Positions 62,638-64,000 of a stretch of 64,000 nucleotides of DNA are shown here, piece by piece. The notes under the pieces are model-generated. The model was not told the origin of the DNA. It ran no database searches and saw only the letters and a list, made by a program, of their open reading frames with translations. Within the stretch, counting starts at the first letter, position 1; the number at the start of each line of letters is the position of its first letter. Origin of the DNA: an uncultured delta proteobacterium (lineage in GTDB: Bacteria > Myxococcota_A > Polyangia > Haliangiales > Haliangiaceae); contig CAVUQH010000003.1 in NCBI GenBank assembly GCA_963743525.1, positions 736,001-800,000 on the forward strand, given 5' to 3'. The position numbers and the translations under genes were made by a program.

Positions 62638-64000
62638 ACCGCGCGCTGGCGATCGCGCGGGCCCTGCTCGACGGGCGCGACGTCACCGCGGGCGACGACA
62701 GCGTGGCGCGGGCGGCGCGCGAGCACGTGGGCCGCGGGCCGCTGCCCGATGCGCTGTTGTGCCTGGCGCTGTCCGGCGATCCGCGCTGGCTCGACGGCGC
62801 CCCGGCCACGGCCGCGCGGGTCGATCTATTGATCTGGGAGGCGGGACGGACGGCGATGGCGGTACCAGAGCTGGCGGCGGCGCTGCTGGTGGATGCCGCC
62901 GCGCGGCGCCGCTTCGTTGACGACCGCGCCCGCGGTCCGCTGCGCGCCCGCGCGCTGGCGGCGCGGCTGCTGGCGATTGCCGCCGACGGCGTCGACACCG
63001 CGGCCACCGCCGATCTCCTGGCCGGTCCGGCCGGCGAGCTGGCCAGCCACCCGGAGTCGGCGGTGTGGATTCCGGCGGTGCGCGCGCTGGGACGGCTGTC
63101 GGCCCGCAGCCCGGGCATCCGCCTGCGCCTGCAGCGGATGATCGACGGCGGCCGCAGCGAGCGCCGCCGGGCGACGGCTGCGCTGGCCTGCGCGCCGTTG
63201 CCGGCCGGGCTCGACGACGACGCGCTGCGCGCTGTGCTCCGCGATGGCGACGGCTGGCGGGTCGCCGCGCTGGGGATCGCCACGCCGCTCCTGGTCCGCG
63301 AGCGGCCGGCGATCGCCGCCGAGGTGATCGAGTCGCTGCTCGGCGCGCCGACCGCGGCCGCGGTGTGGAGCACGACCCTGGGGCTGGTCGCACTGGTGCC
63401 GGCGTCGGGTGGGGCCGACCCGGCGATCGCCGACTGGCTGCGCGCGGCGCGCAAGGCGGCGCTGGCAGCGCGGGCGCACAGCGCCACCGAGGCGCAGCTG
63501 TGGATCGAGGCGCGCCGGGTCACCGACTTCCTCGACGACATCGATCCGGATCCGGCGTTTCCCGACGACAGCCTCGAGCGCGCCGTCGCCAGCGCGGTGC
63601 GCGTTAACGCGCGGGCGGTGGCCACGCGGGCGGCGTCGATCGCGCGGTCGATCGCGGCGTCGTTCGACGCCATGCTGCGGGTGGCCGGCACTGCGGGCGG
63701 TACCGACGAACGCGCGCACGCGCTGTCGGCGGTGGAGTCGTGCACCCGGGCGGCTGCGCTGGCGCTGTGGCAGCCACTCTTGCTGGCCGCCGGTCGCGAC
63801 CCGATCGATCTGGCCGGTGATCTGGCCGCCGCCCGCGCGCACATGGGCGCGGTGCTGTCGGGTTACCTCGAGGCCGACGAGCTCGACTTCGCCCTCCGCC
63901 GCGTGGCGCTGCGCGGGCTGGGCCATCTGGTCGACGTGACCGGCGCCGAGCGCGACCGCAGCCAGGCGGCGGCGTTCGCCCTGCGCGCGCTGGCCGGATC
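62634..64000 (+). CDS. Ala-rich helical-repeat hypothetical protein, runs off window end
   Basis: GTG overlapping the CDF stop; open frame VNRALAIARALLDG... with host codon usage. Confidence 0.65.
   Translation, partial: MNRALAIARALLDGRDVTAGDDSVARAAREHVGRGPLPDALLCLALSGDPRWLDGAPATAARVDLLIWEAGRTAMAVPELAAALLVDAAARRRFVDDRARGPLRARALAARLLAIAADGVDTAATADLLAGPAGELASHPESAVWIPAVRALGRLSARSPGIRLRLQRMIDGGRSERRRATAALACAPLPAGLDDDALRAVLRDGDGWRVAALGIATPLLVRERPAIAAEVIESLLGAPTAAAVWSTTLGLVALVPASGGADPAIADWLRAARKAALAARAHSATEAQLWIEARRVTDFLDDIDPDPAFPDDSLERAVASAVRVNARAVATRAASIARSIAASFDAMLRVAGTAGGTDERAHALSAVESCTRAAALALWQPLLLAAGRDPIDLAGDLAAARAHMGAVLSGYLEADELDFALRRVALRGLGHLVDVTGAERDRSQAAAFALRALAG

Overview
High-GC bacterial chromosome segment, probably Myxococcota (Haliangiales/Kofleriaceae-like; inferred from a MYXO-CTERM-like tail, an Oar-like TonB receptor and GC-rich codons). 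Scattered 1-nt indels suggest long-read errors. About 1-21.1 kb is an accessory region built on a tRNA-Gly(CCC) gene (21033-21108, minus strand). A ~17.3 kb integrative island (tyrosine integrase plus excisionase-like HTH) lies between the tRNA and a duplicated tRNA 3' half at 3706-3750. An older tandem island remnant (homologous integrase C-terminus, REP-associated Y1 transposase with flanking repeats, nucleotidyltransferase pair) lies to its left. The island carries a tightly coupled four-gene operon that looks like an undescribed anti-phage system: a small protein with HK97/Mu-gpT capsid-like sequence patterning, a caspase-like (C14) protease, a Cap4-like nuclease-STAND NTPase, and a UDG-superfamily glycosylase-like protein. 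The STAND gene is split by two nested IS21-family elements, both with intact target-site duplications. About 21.2-64 kb is mostly ordinary core genome (hydrolases, TonB receptors, Bcp, APS kinase, USP, desaturase, TspO, TPR-C39 peptidase, TauE, PPIase, SDR, His kinase, CDF transporter), plus an HNH gene with a 12-bp tandem repeat, a long GCCCGC tract and a perfect 19-bp hairpin. All calls come from reading motifs by eye; no database searches were run.
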